48,784 nucleotides of DNA, taken from assembly GCA_002720935.1 (NCBI GenBank), contig PBIV01000054.1:1-48784 (forward strand). The letters run 5' to 3'. The stretch is from Rickettsiales bacterium (GTDB lineage Bacteria > Pseudomonadota > Alphaproteobacteria > Micavibrionales > GCA-2720935). The notes beneath the pieces are model-generated. The model was not told where the DNA came from, did no database searches, and saw only the letters and a program-made list of their open reading frames with translations. Shown piece after piece: positions 8,674 through 16,432 of the stretch. Numbering within the stretch: the first letter of the stretch is position 1; the number at the start of each line of letters is the position of its first letter. Made by a program: the position numbers and the translations under genes.

Positions 8674-9326
8674 CTAATCTTAATGCTCATTCTTATTATC
8701 TAAATTTTTTTAAAGTATCATATATGGATATTTAAATAGAGAAAAATATTTAATCTAATGTTTTGTAATATACTTGTTGAATGTATTTAAAGATATAGAT
8801 TTTAAAAAGTACTTTTCCCAACTCTGTTCTAAGCGAATCTTACTGTCTTCTAAATGTATGTCAAAATTAATAAATATTTCTTCACTTTAACCATTTTTTA
8901 AACTAAAACCTGGGAAAACCTGAAATTGCTTAACTTTTACTAAGTTTAGTTGTCTTCTTTTGACATTCAATAATATGCATTTAAATAAGATAAAGTTTTG
9001 CTTTCAAATATTTACTTTTCTGATTTGCAAATTTTATGTTTTTGAGGTGCGGTAAAACCAGTACCAAATAGAATTTGGTCAGTATATAAGCCCAATCTTC
9101 TTTCCATCATACCAAGGTAAATCAATTTAAATGTTCGGATTTGCCAATAAGTTAATATTTTTTGCAGTCCTATAATGTCTTTTTTATATATTCAAACATT
9201 AACTAATTAGAATTCAAATTCAAAGTAAGAGATTTTTTTAATGCTTAATAACTTATTGAAATTGAAGTGTATTATTTGATATTTTTTTAAGTAACTCAGA
9301 GTAGCTTTATAAGTAAGTGGTATTTT

Positions 9327-9341
9327 ATGAGTTTGTTTATT
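9327..9341. repeat. 15-bp direct repeat ATGAGTTTGTTTATT, copy 1
   Basis: Identical to 10217-10231. It overlaps the stop codon of the 207-aa gene. Confidence 0.6.
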
Positions 9342-9960
9342 TGCCCTTAGTTTCTTGATTTAGTTTTTCCAGCCTTTGTTCTATTTTGTATATAAGATCA
9401 TTATATGTGAGCCGAAATTCATTTTCTTTAAATTTCCATTCTGCGTTGAGAGACAAATCTTTTTTCGCTAGTTCTACTAAGGTTTTACTTTGTTCTGCAC
9501 TTTTTTTCTGAAGTTCCTTCTTCTTTGCAATTAATAGATGCTTATTATCACAGTGTTCTAGAATAAAACTAAGTTCCCTTGTCATTATTTGGTAGCAGTC
9601 ATGGAGAACGTGCAATGATGACCATTGTGAAATATATTTTAGTAGGCATAAACCTGTAAAAAGTGAAAATAATGATGCTATAAATATACTAAAGTAACTA
9701 TGATAACCATTATTTGATACTCCACCCCATTCGTATGGCAGAATAGACAGTATTCCTAAGCCGCCATGATAAAAGACTATTAACAACGTTAATGAGGCAA
9801 TTATAGTTACTAATCTGTTTGGCAAAGACATTAAACTAGTACTTCTAAGTCTATAAAATAAATTATCATTTGGAGAAAAGCGTAACAAGCCAGCTATAAA
9901 TGATAGACTTAAAAGCATACATAATGCCAACATCAAAATTAACGTTTTTATAATAATCAT
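9337..9960 (-). CDS. membrane protein of unknown function: about four N-terminal TM helices plus a charged C-terminal coiled coil
   Basis: Hydrophobic segments IIIKTLILMLALCMLLSLSFIAGLL, LVTIIASLTLLIVFYHGGLGILSIL and YFSIFIASLFSLFTGLCLL. The C-terminus reads KKKELQKKSAEQSKTLVELAKKDLSL...IEQRLEKLNQ. RBS GGGAGAAG lies 6 nt before the ATG. Confidence 0.7.
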   Translation of the reverse strand: MIIIKTLILMLALCMLLSLSFIAGLLRFSPNDNLFYRLRSTSLMSLPNRLVTIIASLTLLIVFYHGGLGILSILPYEWGGVSNNGYHSYFSIFIASLFSLFTGLCLLKYISQWSSLHVLHDCYQIMTRELSFILEHCDNKHLLIAKKKELQKKSAEQSKTLVELAKKDLSLNAEWKFKENEFRLTYNDLIYKIEQRLEKLNQETKGK

Positions 9961-10215
9961 AAATTCTTCTCCCTAAACAAAATCACCAGAAGCTACGTCT
10001 CTTCTGGTGACCGGGAGTTGATAAATCGCCAATAGTCGATCGCGAGGGCCTTTAGGCATAAGCCCTGAACATACGCCAACGCCTCCCGGACATAAGCCGA
10101 GAAGCGATACGTTTCGGACGCATCAATCCGCTATTGGTAAGGGTTATCAAGCCCCAGCCTTCTCAATAGAGAATAGCTATAAAGAGTTTTACAATAATAG
10201 GAGTAAATAGCAAGC
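9961..10215 (-). ncRNA. GC-rich structured leader or ncRNA of unknown family
   Basis: No ORF. By hand count about 55% G+C over 10011-10130, against about 30% in the adjacent coding DNA. Helices: 10011-10017/10083-10089 (7 bp); 10103-10112/10118-10132 (10 bp with a 5-nt bulge, one pair being G-U only on the minus strand); and the terminator hairpin. Confidence 0.45.
9975..10010 (-). terminator. intrinsic terminator or attenuator hairpin immediately upstream of the membrane-protein RBS
   Basis: A perfect 10-bp stem pairs 9983-9992 with 10001-10010 around an 8-nt loop. On the minus strand it is followed by UUUUGUUU (9975-9982), then GGGAGAAG and the ATG. Confidence 0.65.
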
Positions 10216-10216
10216 G

Positions 10217-10231
10217 ATGAGTTTGTTTATT
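10217..10231. repeat. 15-bp direct repeat ATGAGTTTGTTTATT, copy 2
   Basis: Identical to 9327-9341. It overlaps the stop codon of the 262-aa gene. Confidence 0.6.
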
Positions 10232-11018
10232 AGCTTTTTTTATCTCTATTAAACTGGCTAATACGGCAAGAGTCAGAGCAAAAACGTTTTCCTTTTCTGT
10301 ATGTATAATATTTGTTGCATTTAATATTCTGACATACATCCAATTTAATTCCGCGAGCGTTTGATTCCACTAATGTGGCTATTAGAGCGCTCTTTAAGTC
10401 TGCGGCCTCGAAAACAAGGGTGCGTAGATCTTTGTTAAAATGCATAGAAGTACCAATACGGAAACATGAATGTTTGGCGAGAATAGCTAGAAGTACTCTA
10501 GTCTTTTCCTGCTTAATAATGTTACTGCGCTCAACTGCATTATCTTTGTAATCTATAATCCGATTAGCGAGAGTTATAATGGGTGTTATTGCGTGGATCT
10601 CATTATCTTTAGGGAATTCTTTGTTTTTTATTTCTTCTAATGGGCCGTATTTTTTAACAAACTTAAGAATACCTTGTTCGTGCTTCTGATAGCCTTCATC
10701 TATTGGGATTCTAAGGAACTCAGATAAAATATTCATCCGCTCTGAAAAGGGTTTCTCAAAGAAATCATATGTTTCAGTGCAATCCTTATTCTTTTTATTG
10801 CTGGGCTTAAAAACTATTTTTGCGTAAGGGTAGTAATCAATCTCATCGAAGTTATTGATTTTGCTACATCCATTATAGTCTATGTCTAGCAAATACTTTT
10901 TTTGATCAGGGGTGGCTTTTTGCCCGCGTTCAATTTTTAAATGCCCTATAAAACGATTTGCAGTAAAGCGTATCGTATTTTCTTTATCAAATATTTTATA
11001 TAACTCTGAATAGCTCAT
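10230..11018 (-). CDS. hypothetical protein with a C-terminal CGNR-like Cys4 zinc ribbon
   Basis: 262 aa. The C-terminus LDVCQNIKCNKYYTYRKGKRFCSDSCRISQFNRDKK has C-x4-C ... C-x3-C plus a basic tail, as in zf-CGNR domains. I do not recognise the N-terminal 220 aa. Confidence 0.6.
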   Translation of the reverse strand: MSYSELYKIFDKENTIRFTANRFIGHLKIERGQKATPDQKKYLLDIDYNGCSKINNFDEIDYYPYAKIVFKPSNKKNKDCTETYDFFEKPFSERMNILSEFLRIPIDEGYQKHEQGILKFVKKYGPLEEIKNKEFPKDNEIHAITPIITLANRIIDYKDNAVERSNIIKQEKTRVLLAILAKHSCFRIGTSMHFNKDLRTLVFEAADLKSALIATLVESNARGIKLDVCQNIKCNKYYTYRKGKRFCSDSCRISQFNRDKKS

Positions 11019-11152
11019 ATTACTTAAGTCTTAGCATAATATTAACGGAAATTATACTTTTATATGAATTTAAGCGTTAATAAATTTGTGTTTATATCAT
11101 TACATCCAAACGGAAGTAATAACATTTAGATGAACTTTGAAGGAGGTTTGTA

Positions 11153-11335
11153 ATGAAAAATAGAATTTTAAGATTAAAAGAGGTTATGGATTTGGTGGGG
11201 TTATCAAGAAGTACTATTTATTTGAAAATGAAATTAGGTGAGTTTCCAAAATCCATTGAAATAAGTCAGCGATGCATTGGTTGGACCCAGAGCAGTATTG
11301 AAGAATGGATTGAAGATAAAATTAAGAAATCCTAG
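11153..11335 (+). CDS. alpA: AlpA-family phage/island transcriptional regulator (excisionase-like HTH)
   Basis: 60 aa. LRLKEVMDLVGLSRSTIYLKMKLGEFPKSIEISQRCIGWTQSSIEEWI is the canonical AlpA/Phage_AlpA pattern. Confidence 0.9.
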   Translation: MKNRILRLKEVMDLVGLSRSTIYLKMKLGEFPKSIEISQRCIGWTQSSIEEWIEDKIKKS

Positions 11336-11357
11336 GAAGTTATAGGATATTTTTAAG

Positions 11358-11927
11358 ATGGATTCAGCTAAAGAAATATATGGGGCTGTTGCTTTACAGA
11401 AATTATGTAGATTAGTAGCCATGGACACAAGGATTAAGCCGGCTGCAAAGCGCGTTTTTTTGACGATGTTAAGTTATGCCAATATTAAGACACTATCTTG
11501 TTATCCTGTTCAGCAAACCATTGGAGATGATTATGGGATTAGCAGGCAAGCTGTTGGGCAGGCCATAAAGCAGTTAGTGAGAAATGGCTACATTATTAAA
11601 AAAACGTCTATTTCTAAAACTGGAACAGACAACACATATTATTTTAATATATATCTAGTTCAAGTATGTGGTTTGTGGAACTACAAGGTGAAAGCTCCAG
11701 AGCTTGCGACGGTATGCAATCTTAAAGACTTTACAGGGTGGAAACTTCCAAGTGTTTCAGGGGGTGCAAGCTCTAAAGGTTTCACTAAAAATAAAAGTTA
11801 TAATAAAAAAAATAAAACAGATCTCTTAAAAGATAAAAATGTTTTGCTTGGCAAGGAGGAGAAGGTTGATGTTTCTGTGCCCAAAGATCAAAACTCAGAC
11901 AAATATTATAGTATGTGGGGGGGGTAA
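11358..11927 (+). CDS. winged-helix DNA-binding protein typical of islands and satellites (HTH_36-like); probably the 5' part of a gene split at a G8 run
   Basis: AAKRVFLTMLSYANIKTLSCYPVQQTIGDDYGISRQAVGQAIKQLVRNGYIIKK. The ORF ends just after GGGGGGGG (11917-11924). Confidence 0.65.
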   Translation: MDSAKEIYGAVALQKLCRLVAMDTRIKPAAKRVFLTMLSYANIKTLSCYPVQQTIGDDYGISRQAVGQAIKQLVRNGYIIKKTSISKTGTDNTYYFNIYLVQVCGLWNYKVKAPELATVCNLKDFTGWKLPSVSGGASSKGFTKNKSYNKKNKTDLLKDKNVLLGKEEKVDVSVPKDQNSDKYYSMWGG

Positions 11928-12114
11928 GGAAATTAGTAAAAAATTAGAGCCTTATTTTTGTGAGCTTAGTCGTTTATGGCGTGTAACTAAGGTAAATGCC
12001 TTTGAAAAAGGACTTATACATAAGTTTGAAGGTTTGACAAAGGAAGAAAAGGTGGTCCGCGCAATAGAAGCTTTTAAAAAAGCAATTAATGAAGCAAAAA
12101 TAAAAAAATTATAG
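11839..12114 (+). CDS. +1-frame ORF that probably continues the preceding gene
   Basis: It has no convincing start or RBS of its own after the G8 run. Removing one G fuses ...YSMWGG to KEISKKLEPYFCELSRLW... Confidence 0.4.
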   Translation: MFCLARRRRLMFLCPKIKTQTNIIVCGGGKEISKKLEPYFCELSRLWRVTKVNAFEKGLIHKFEGLTKEEKVVRAIEAFKKAINEAKIKKL

Positions 12115-12287
12115 TTTATAAGACTATAGATATACTTTTGATGTCTTTTTTCATGGTAATATGTTTTGCGTATGTGTGGTTAACAATTATTTTCAAAGTT
12201 AAGTAAAAAAGTGTTTACCGGAAAAATATCTGGAAGTTATTGGTATGACATGTTTTTATTAAACTATACTAAAATTAGGAATTAATT

Positions 12288-12872
12288 GTGGGCTTAGAGA
12301 CATTTATTGAACTTAATCGAACTTTTGTAAAGTACTCGCAAGATGATGCTCAAGATGCGTCTGGAGATAGTATAGAGCATAGCGATGCCCTTGGTCTTAA
12401 AGTAATTGATGATTTAAGCTGGGATGATTTGTTTGAGAAGCGCCGTGTAGTAATATTAGCCCCGGCAGGTGCAGGTAAAACCTCAGAAATTCGTAAAGCC
12501 GCTATCAAACTGAGATCAAAAGGAAAGTCAGCTTTTTTTTTAAGGATAGAGCATTTATCGGATAATTTAGATGGTGCATTTGAGGAAGGTGATGTATCGG
12601 AATTTGAAGAGTGGTTAAAAGGTAATGATGAGGGTTGGATTTTCTTAGACTCTATCGATGAGGCTAGATTGAAATCCCCCTATTGTTTTGAAGAAGCTGT
12701 TAGGAAAATTGCAACTACGCTGAAGCCTAAAAAACAAAGCGTTCATATTATAATGACTAGTCGTATCGAAGCTTGGAGACGTAAAACAGATTTGGATTTA
12801 TGCAACAAACAATTTGAATATATTTTACCACAAGAAAAAATCGCTCAAATTGGAGATAGAACAATTTCATAG
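12288..12872 (+). CDS. STAND/NACHT-like P-loop NTPase, N-terminal part, ending at an in-frame TAG
   Basis: Walker A VVILAPAGAGKTSE and Walker B GWIFLDSIDEARL. The TAG at 12870-12872 is in the same frame as the next ORF. Confidence 0.75.
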   Translation: MGLETFIELNRTFVKYSQDDAQDASGDSIEHSDALGLKVIDDLSWDDLFEKRRVVILAPAGAGKTSEIRKAAIKLRSKGKSAFFLRIEHLSDNLDGAFEEGDVSEFEEWLKGNDEGWIFLDSIDEARLKSPYCFEEAVRKIATTLKPKKQSVHIIMTSRIEAWRRKTDLDLCNKQFEYILPQEKIAQIGDRTIS

Positions 12873-13025
12873 GATTCTATTGTCTATGATCGCAATCAAA
12901 CAAAAGAAGAAACACAAAATAAAGACATAAAAGGTACATTTGAGATATATTTTATCCGTGATTTAAATGAGAGCCAAATTGAAACCTTTGCTCGGAAACG
13001 AGTTGAGTCCAATGTTTCTGGTTTC

Positions 13026-16000
13026 TTGAACGATATAAATAGACAAGATACAGGAGTTCATACCGCTAGACCTCAGGGCTTAATCGATCTTATATGGTAT
13101 TGGGAAAAGTATGGATGTATAGGATCTCCGCTTGAGCTTATGAGGAAAAGCGTTGAAAGAAGATTGGTAGAACGTCGTCCAAATACTGAAATTGTAAGTA
13201 ATATTTCAAAAAATAAAGTTCGAGAAGGGCTTAAGCTTATAGCCGCAGCTTGTACTTTAATGAAAGAGGCTGTAATTGCCATACCTGATGAAGATAATAA
13301 TGTGGGTATTGATATTAGAAAGCTTTTATCTAACTGGAAACCAGATGAATGTAATACTGTTTTAGGGCGTCCTATATTTGGCGGTGCAATTTATGGTGCA
13401 GTACGATTGGATAGGCCAACAAGAGATTTTTTGACAGCGGAGTGGCTCAATGACTGTTTAAAACGAGGCGCACCTAGAAAGGATATAGAAAATTTATTTT
13501 TTCAAAAAACTTATGGTGTTAAAGTTTTAGTACCCTCGATGAGATCAGTCTTGTCTTGGCTAATGATATTCGATGAAGAAATTAGAGCGAAAGCATGTAA
13601 AATAGAACCAGAAATTATATTTGATAGTGGAGACCCAACTCAGTTTCCACTAGAGGTAAGGAGCAAAATACTTAAGAGTATATGTCGTAAAATTAGTTTA
13701 GATGCATCTCAGCGCTCAGTCACTGATTACGCTTCAATAGAGAGGTTTACGAGTCCGGATATGTCGAAAGACGTAAAAGTACTTTTAAAAAAATATAAAA
13801 ACAATACGGAGATCGTTTCCTTTTTAATGCGAATGATTTGGCGGGGAAAAATAATAGAAGCTTTGCCAGAGACAAAAATTTTAGCTCTAGATAGTCAAAA
13901 TGAGAAATATGCGAGAGTTTTGGCTATTAAGGCATTAAAAGAAATAGGCTCTAAAGAGGATTTTAAAGAGTTATTAGATTGCTTGAAGAATCAAGATAAA
14001 AAAATTGATAGAAGAATTTTAGCAGGTGTAATTGATGTTTTGGAGCCTACACAAAATTCGATAGATTGGGTTTTTGATGCTTTAGCCAAAGTTAAAGAGA
14101 AGGAAAAGTATACTACCGAAGGTCTGACCTATTCTTTAGTAAGTTTTGTAGAGCGGCTTGATTTAAAACTGATGCATGGTTTTATAAATAGATGCTGTTT
14201 ACTCTTAGATAAAAAACCTTTTATTCAAAAAAGAGGTTGTGAGGTTTCAAAACGTTTTGGTTGGTTAATAAACTGTGCAGGCAAAGCTATAGAAAGATTG
14301 TTACTGGTTCGTCATAAAGATGCTTTGATGCCTGAAAGTCTTGATATAATTTATAAAATTTCATCATTTACGAAATATGAATATTTTCAGATCAGATCAT
14401 TAACTAAAAAACTTCCAGAAATAGCGGATGATTGGTCTGATTTGAACTTTGCATTGTTTTGGAAAGATGTGGAAGAAACGAGGAAGAATTTTTCCAATGA
14501 CTTAGATGATAGAATAACAGATTTTTCTAGAGTCTATGGTCTTCGAGAATATTGGAATTTTGGTTTGGAAGATTTTGAGAATATTAAGAACGAGATAATC
14601 AATCGAAGTTTTTTGGATGATAAGCTTGTAGCTCTTACATTAGCTTTTCAAATATATGTTGAGAATAATAGGCCTAACAAATTGAAGGAGGAACTTAACG
14701 AAATTGTTTTTGGAGTATCTGAGTTGGAAGAACTTTTGTCAACTATGCTTAAACCGCCTCCGCAATCGAACCAACAAAAGAAATTTAAAAAAGAAGAACA
14801 AAGATGGCAACTAGAAAATAAGAAGCGTGAAGATGATCTAAATAAATATCACGCTGATTGGTTAATTTGGCTAAAAGAAAATGTGGAGTTACTTAAAGAT
14901 GAGAATCGAATTTCTGTTACTCTTAGTAATGGTGGTGTTTTAGGTGCTCATAAATATCTCCTGGAGAGAATGCGTCATTATAGTGCTGATAATATGAAAT
15001 GGACGCAAGGAAATTGGGAAGATTTGAAAGGTGTTTATGGTGTTGATATTGCTACAGCTTTTCGTGATGGACTCGTAATGTCATGGAGACACTATAAGCC
15101 AGATTTTCCTTCTGAAAGGAATTGCCACGATAGAATTCCTCTAGCTGTAATTGTGGGGCTTTCGGGTCTGGAAATTGATTCTAAAGAAAATAAAAATTGG
15201 GCAAACGGTCTTAGTGAAGGCGATGTTGAGCTAGCTTGTCGTTATGCTTTTTATGAATTAAATGGATTTCCAGCATGGTTTGCTCGACTTCATAAAGTTT
15301 TTCCAGATTTAGTTAATGATTATATTATGAAAGAGATAGATTGGGAGCTAGGACTTGTTCAGGAAGGAAAAGAGAAACACTATCTTATTGATAAGTTGAG
15401 CTGGGGTAATGAAAATTTATGGGATAGTTGTGCCCCCCTTATTCTTGAGCGCCTTGAGAAAGAGCCTGCTAGTGTAAAAAAATTAGGTTATTTATTAAAA
15501 ATAATACAATGGTCTAGAACTATTTCGGATAGAGAGATAGCTTCTTTGGCATCAAAGAAATGTGATGAAATTGAAAATTTGGATCATCTTTCATATTGGT
15601 TTGCTACATGGATTGGAGTAGAGCCGGAAAAAGCAATTCAAAGATTTTCAGAATATTTAAAGAAAGTAAAAAAAGACAAAACCTCTTTAAGTTTAGCCAT
15701 GAGGGTAATTGTTAATTTGGTAGGAGATGAGTTCACAGATTTTCGTGCTCGAACAGCTTATCGTCAACCTAAGTATCTAAAGCTTTTGTACCTTCTAATG
15801 CATAAATATATTAAAGTTGAGGAAGATATAGATAGAATAGGGAAAGGTGCATACTCACCTCAATTAAGAGATAATGCACAAAATGCTAGAGAAAGTCTTT
15901 TTAATGTTTTGACCAATATTCAAGGAAAAGAATCTTATATTGCGTTGGTTGAGTTGGCAAAAAAACATCCTGTAAAAAAGCATCGTCCTTGGATGATGCG

Positions 16001-16382
16001 CGCAGCGAGGAAATGTGCTGAAAAAGACACAGATATTAAGGTTTGGAATTATGCAAATATACATAGACTTATTGATAGTTTTAAAGAGAAAGTGAGTTAT
16101 CAAATGAACTTCTGGGAAAAAATTTTAGGTTTTGGTTTTGGGGTTACATTTATAGTTGTTTTGTTAGTTATAGCGCTTTTTATTACTGACCCTACTGAAA
16201 CACAACATGCAACATTTAAAACTATCTTGGCATTATCTGCGGCAGGAATTGGCGGCATCTTTACTGGCTTTATTCATGTAGAAGGAAAAATTAACGAGTT
16301 TACTATCAGAGCTGGTGGCGCGTTAGCATTATTTGTGATTGTTTACTTTTTTCCTCCAGAAGCAATATCATTTATGAGATAA
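13026..16382 (+). CDS. STAND/NACHT-like NTPase, C-terminal part: helical-repeat body plus three C-terminal TM helices
   Basis: It shares the frame of 12288-12872, and the 51 codons between them (12873-13025) contain no stop. C-terminal hydrophobic helices: ILGFGFGVTFIVVLLVIALFI, ILALSAAGIGGIFTGFI, GGALALFVIVYFF. Confidence 0.75.
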   Translation: MNDINRQDTGVHTARPQGLIDLIWYWEKYGCIGSPLELMRKSVERRLVERRPNTEIVSNISKNKVREGLKLIAAACTLMKEAVIAIPDEDNNVGIDIRKLLSNWKPDECNTVLGRPIFGGAIYGAVRLDRPTRDFLTAEWLNDCLKRGAPRKDIENLFFQKTYGVKVLVPSMRSVLSWLMIFDEEIRAKACKIEPEIIFDSGDPTQFPLEVRSKILKSICRKISLDASQRSVTDYASIERFTSPDMSKDVKVLLKKYKNNTEIVSFLMRMIWRGKIIEALPETKILALDSQNEKYARVLAIKALKEIGSKEDFKELLDCLKNQDKKIDRRILAGVIDVLEPTQNSIDWVFDALAKVKEKEKYTTEGLTYSLVSFVERLDLKLMHGFINRCCLLLDKKPFIQKRGCEVSKRFGWLINCAGKAIERLLLVRHKDALMPESLDIIYKISSFTKYEYFQIRSLTKKLPEIADDWSDLNFALFWKDVEETRKNFSNDLDDRITDFSRVYGLREYWNFGLEDFENIKNEIINRSFLDDKLVALTLAFQIYVENNRPNKLKEELNEIVFGVSELEELLSTMLKPPPQSNQQKKFKKEEQRWQLENKKREDDLNKYHADWLIWLKENVELLKDENRISVTLSNGGVLGAHKYLLERMRHYSADNMKWTQGNWEDLKGVYGVDIATAFRDGLVMSWRHYKPDFPSERNCHDRIPLAVIVGLSGLEIDSKENKNWANGLSEGDVELACRYAFYELNGFPAWFARLHKVFPDLVNDYIMKEIDWELGLVQEGKEKHYLIDKLSWGNENLWDSCAPLILERLEKEPASVKKLGYLLKIIQWSRTISDREIASLASKKCDEIENLDHLSYWFATWIGVEPEKAIQRFSEYLKKVKKDKTSLSLAMRVIVNLVGDEFTDFRARTAYRQPKYLKLLYLLMHKYIKVEEDIDRIGKGAYSPQLRDNAQNARESLFNVLTNIQGKESYIALVELAKKHPVKKHRPWMMRAARKCAEKDTDIKVWNYANIHRLIDSFKEKVSYQMNFWEKILGFGFGVTFIVVLLVIALFITDPTETQHATFKTILALSAAGIGGIFTGFIHVEGKINEFTIRAGGALALFVIVYFFPPEAISFMR

Positions 16383-16432
16383 GCAAACAGAAGTACTTTT
16401 TTAGAAATATAAACTTGCTTATTATAGTAAGC

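Noticed and set aside
8674-9336. 663-bp extremely AT-rich gap upstream of the Lamassu-like operon, with short ORFs
   Set aside because: It contains only ORFs under 35 codons with no motifs. It probably holds promoter/UTR and decayed DNA, and I could define nothing specific.
9961-10215. Possible match of the GC-rich RNA to the guanidine-I (ykkC) or c-di-GMP-I riboswitch, or to a tmRNA fragment
   Set aside because: Only short coincidences were found: GUCCGAAAC versus GGUCCGAGAG, GUCCGGGAGG versus GCCCGGGAGA, and a GGGGCUUGAU start. The other invariant blocks of those families (ACUAGGGUUCCG and ACACGG for ykkC; the T-arm and tag ORF for tmRNA) are absent.
16379-16422. 8-bp inverted repeat (ATAAGCAA/TTGCTTAT) between the convergent STAND and integrase genes, considered as a bidirectional terminator
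   Set aside because: The stem is short and AT-rich with a 28-nt loop, so it is not convincing as a terminator.
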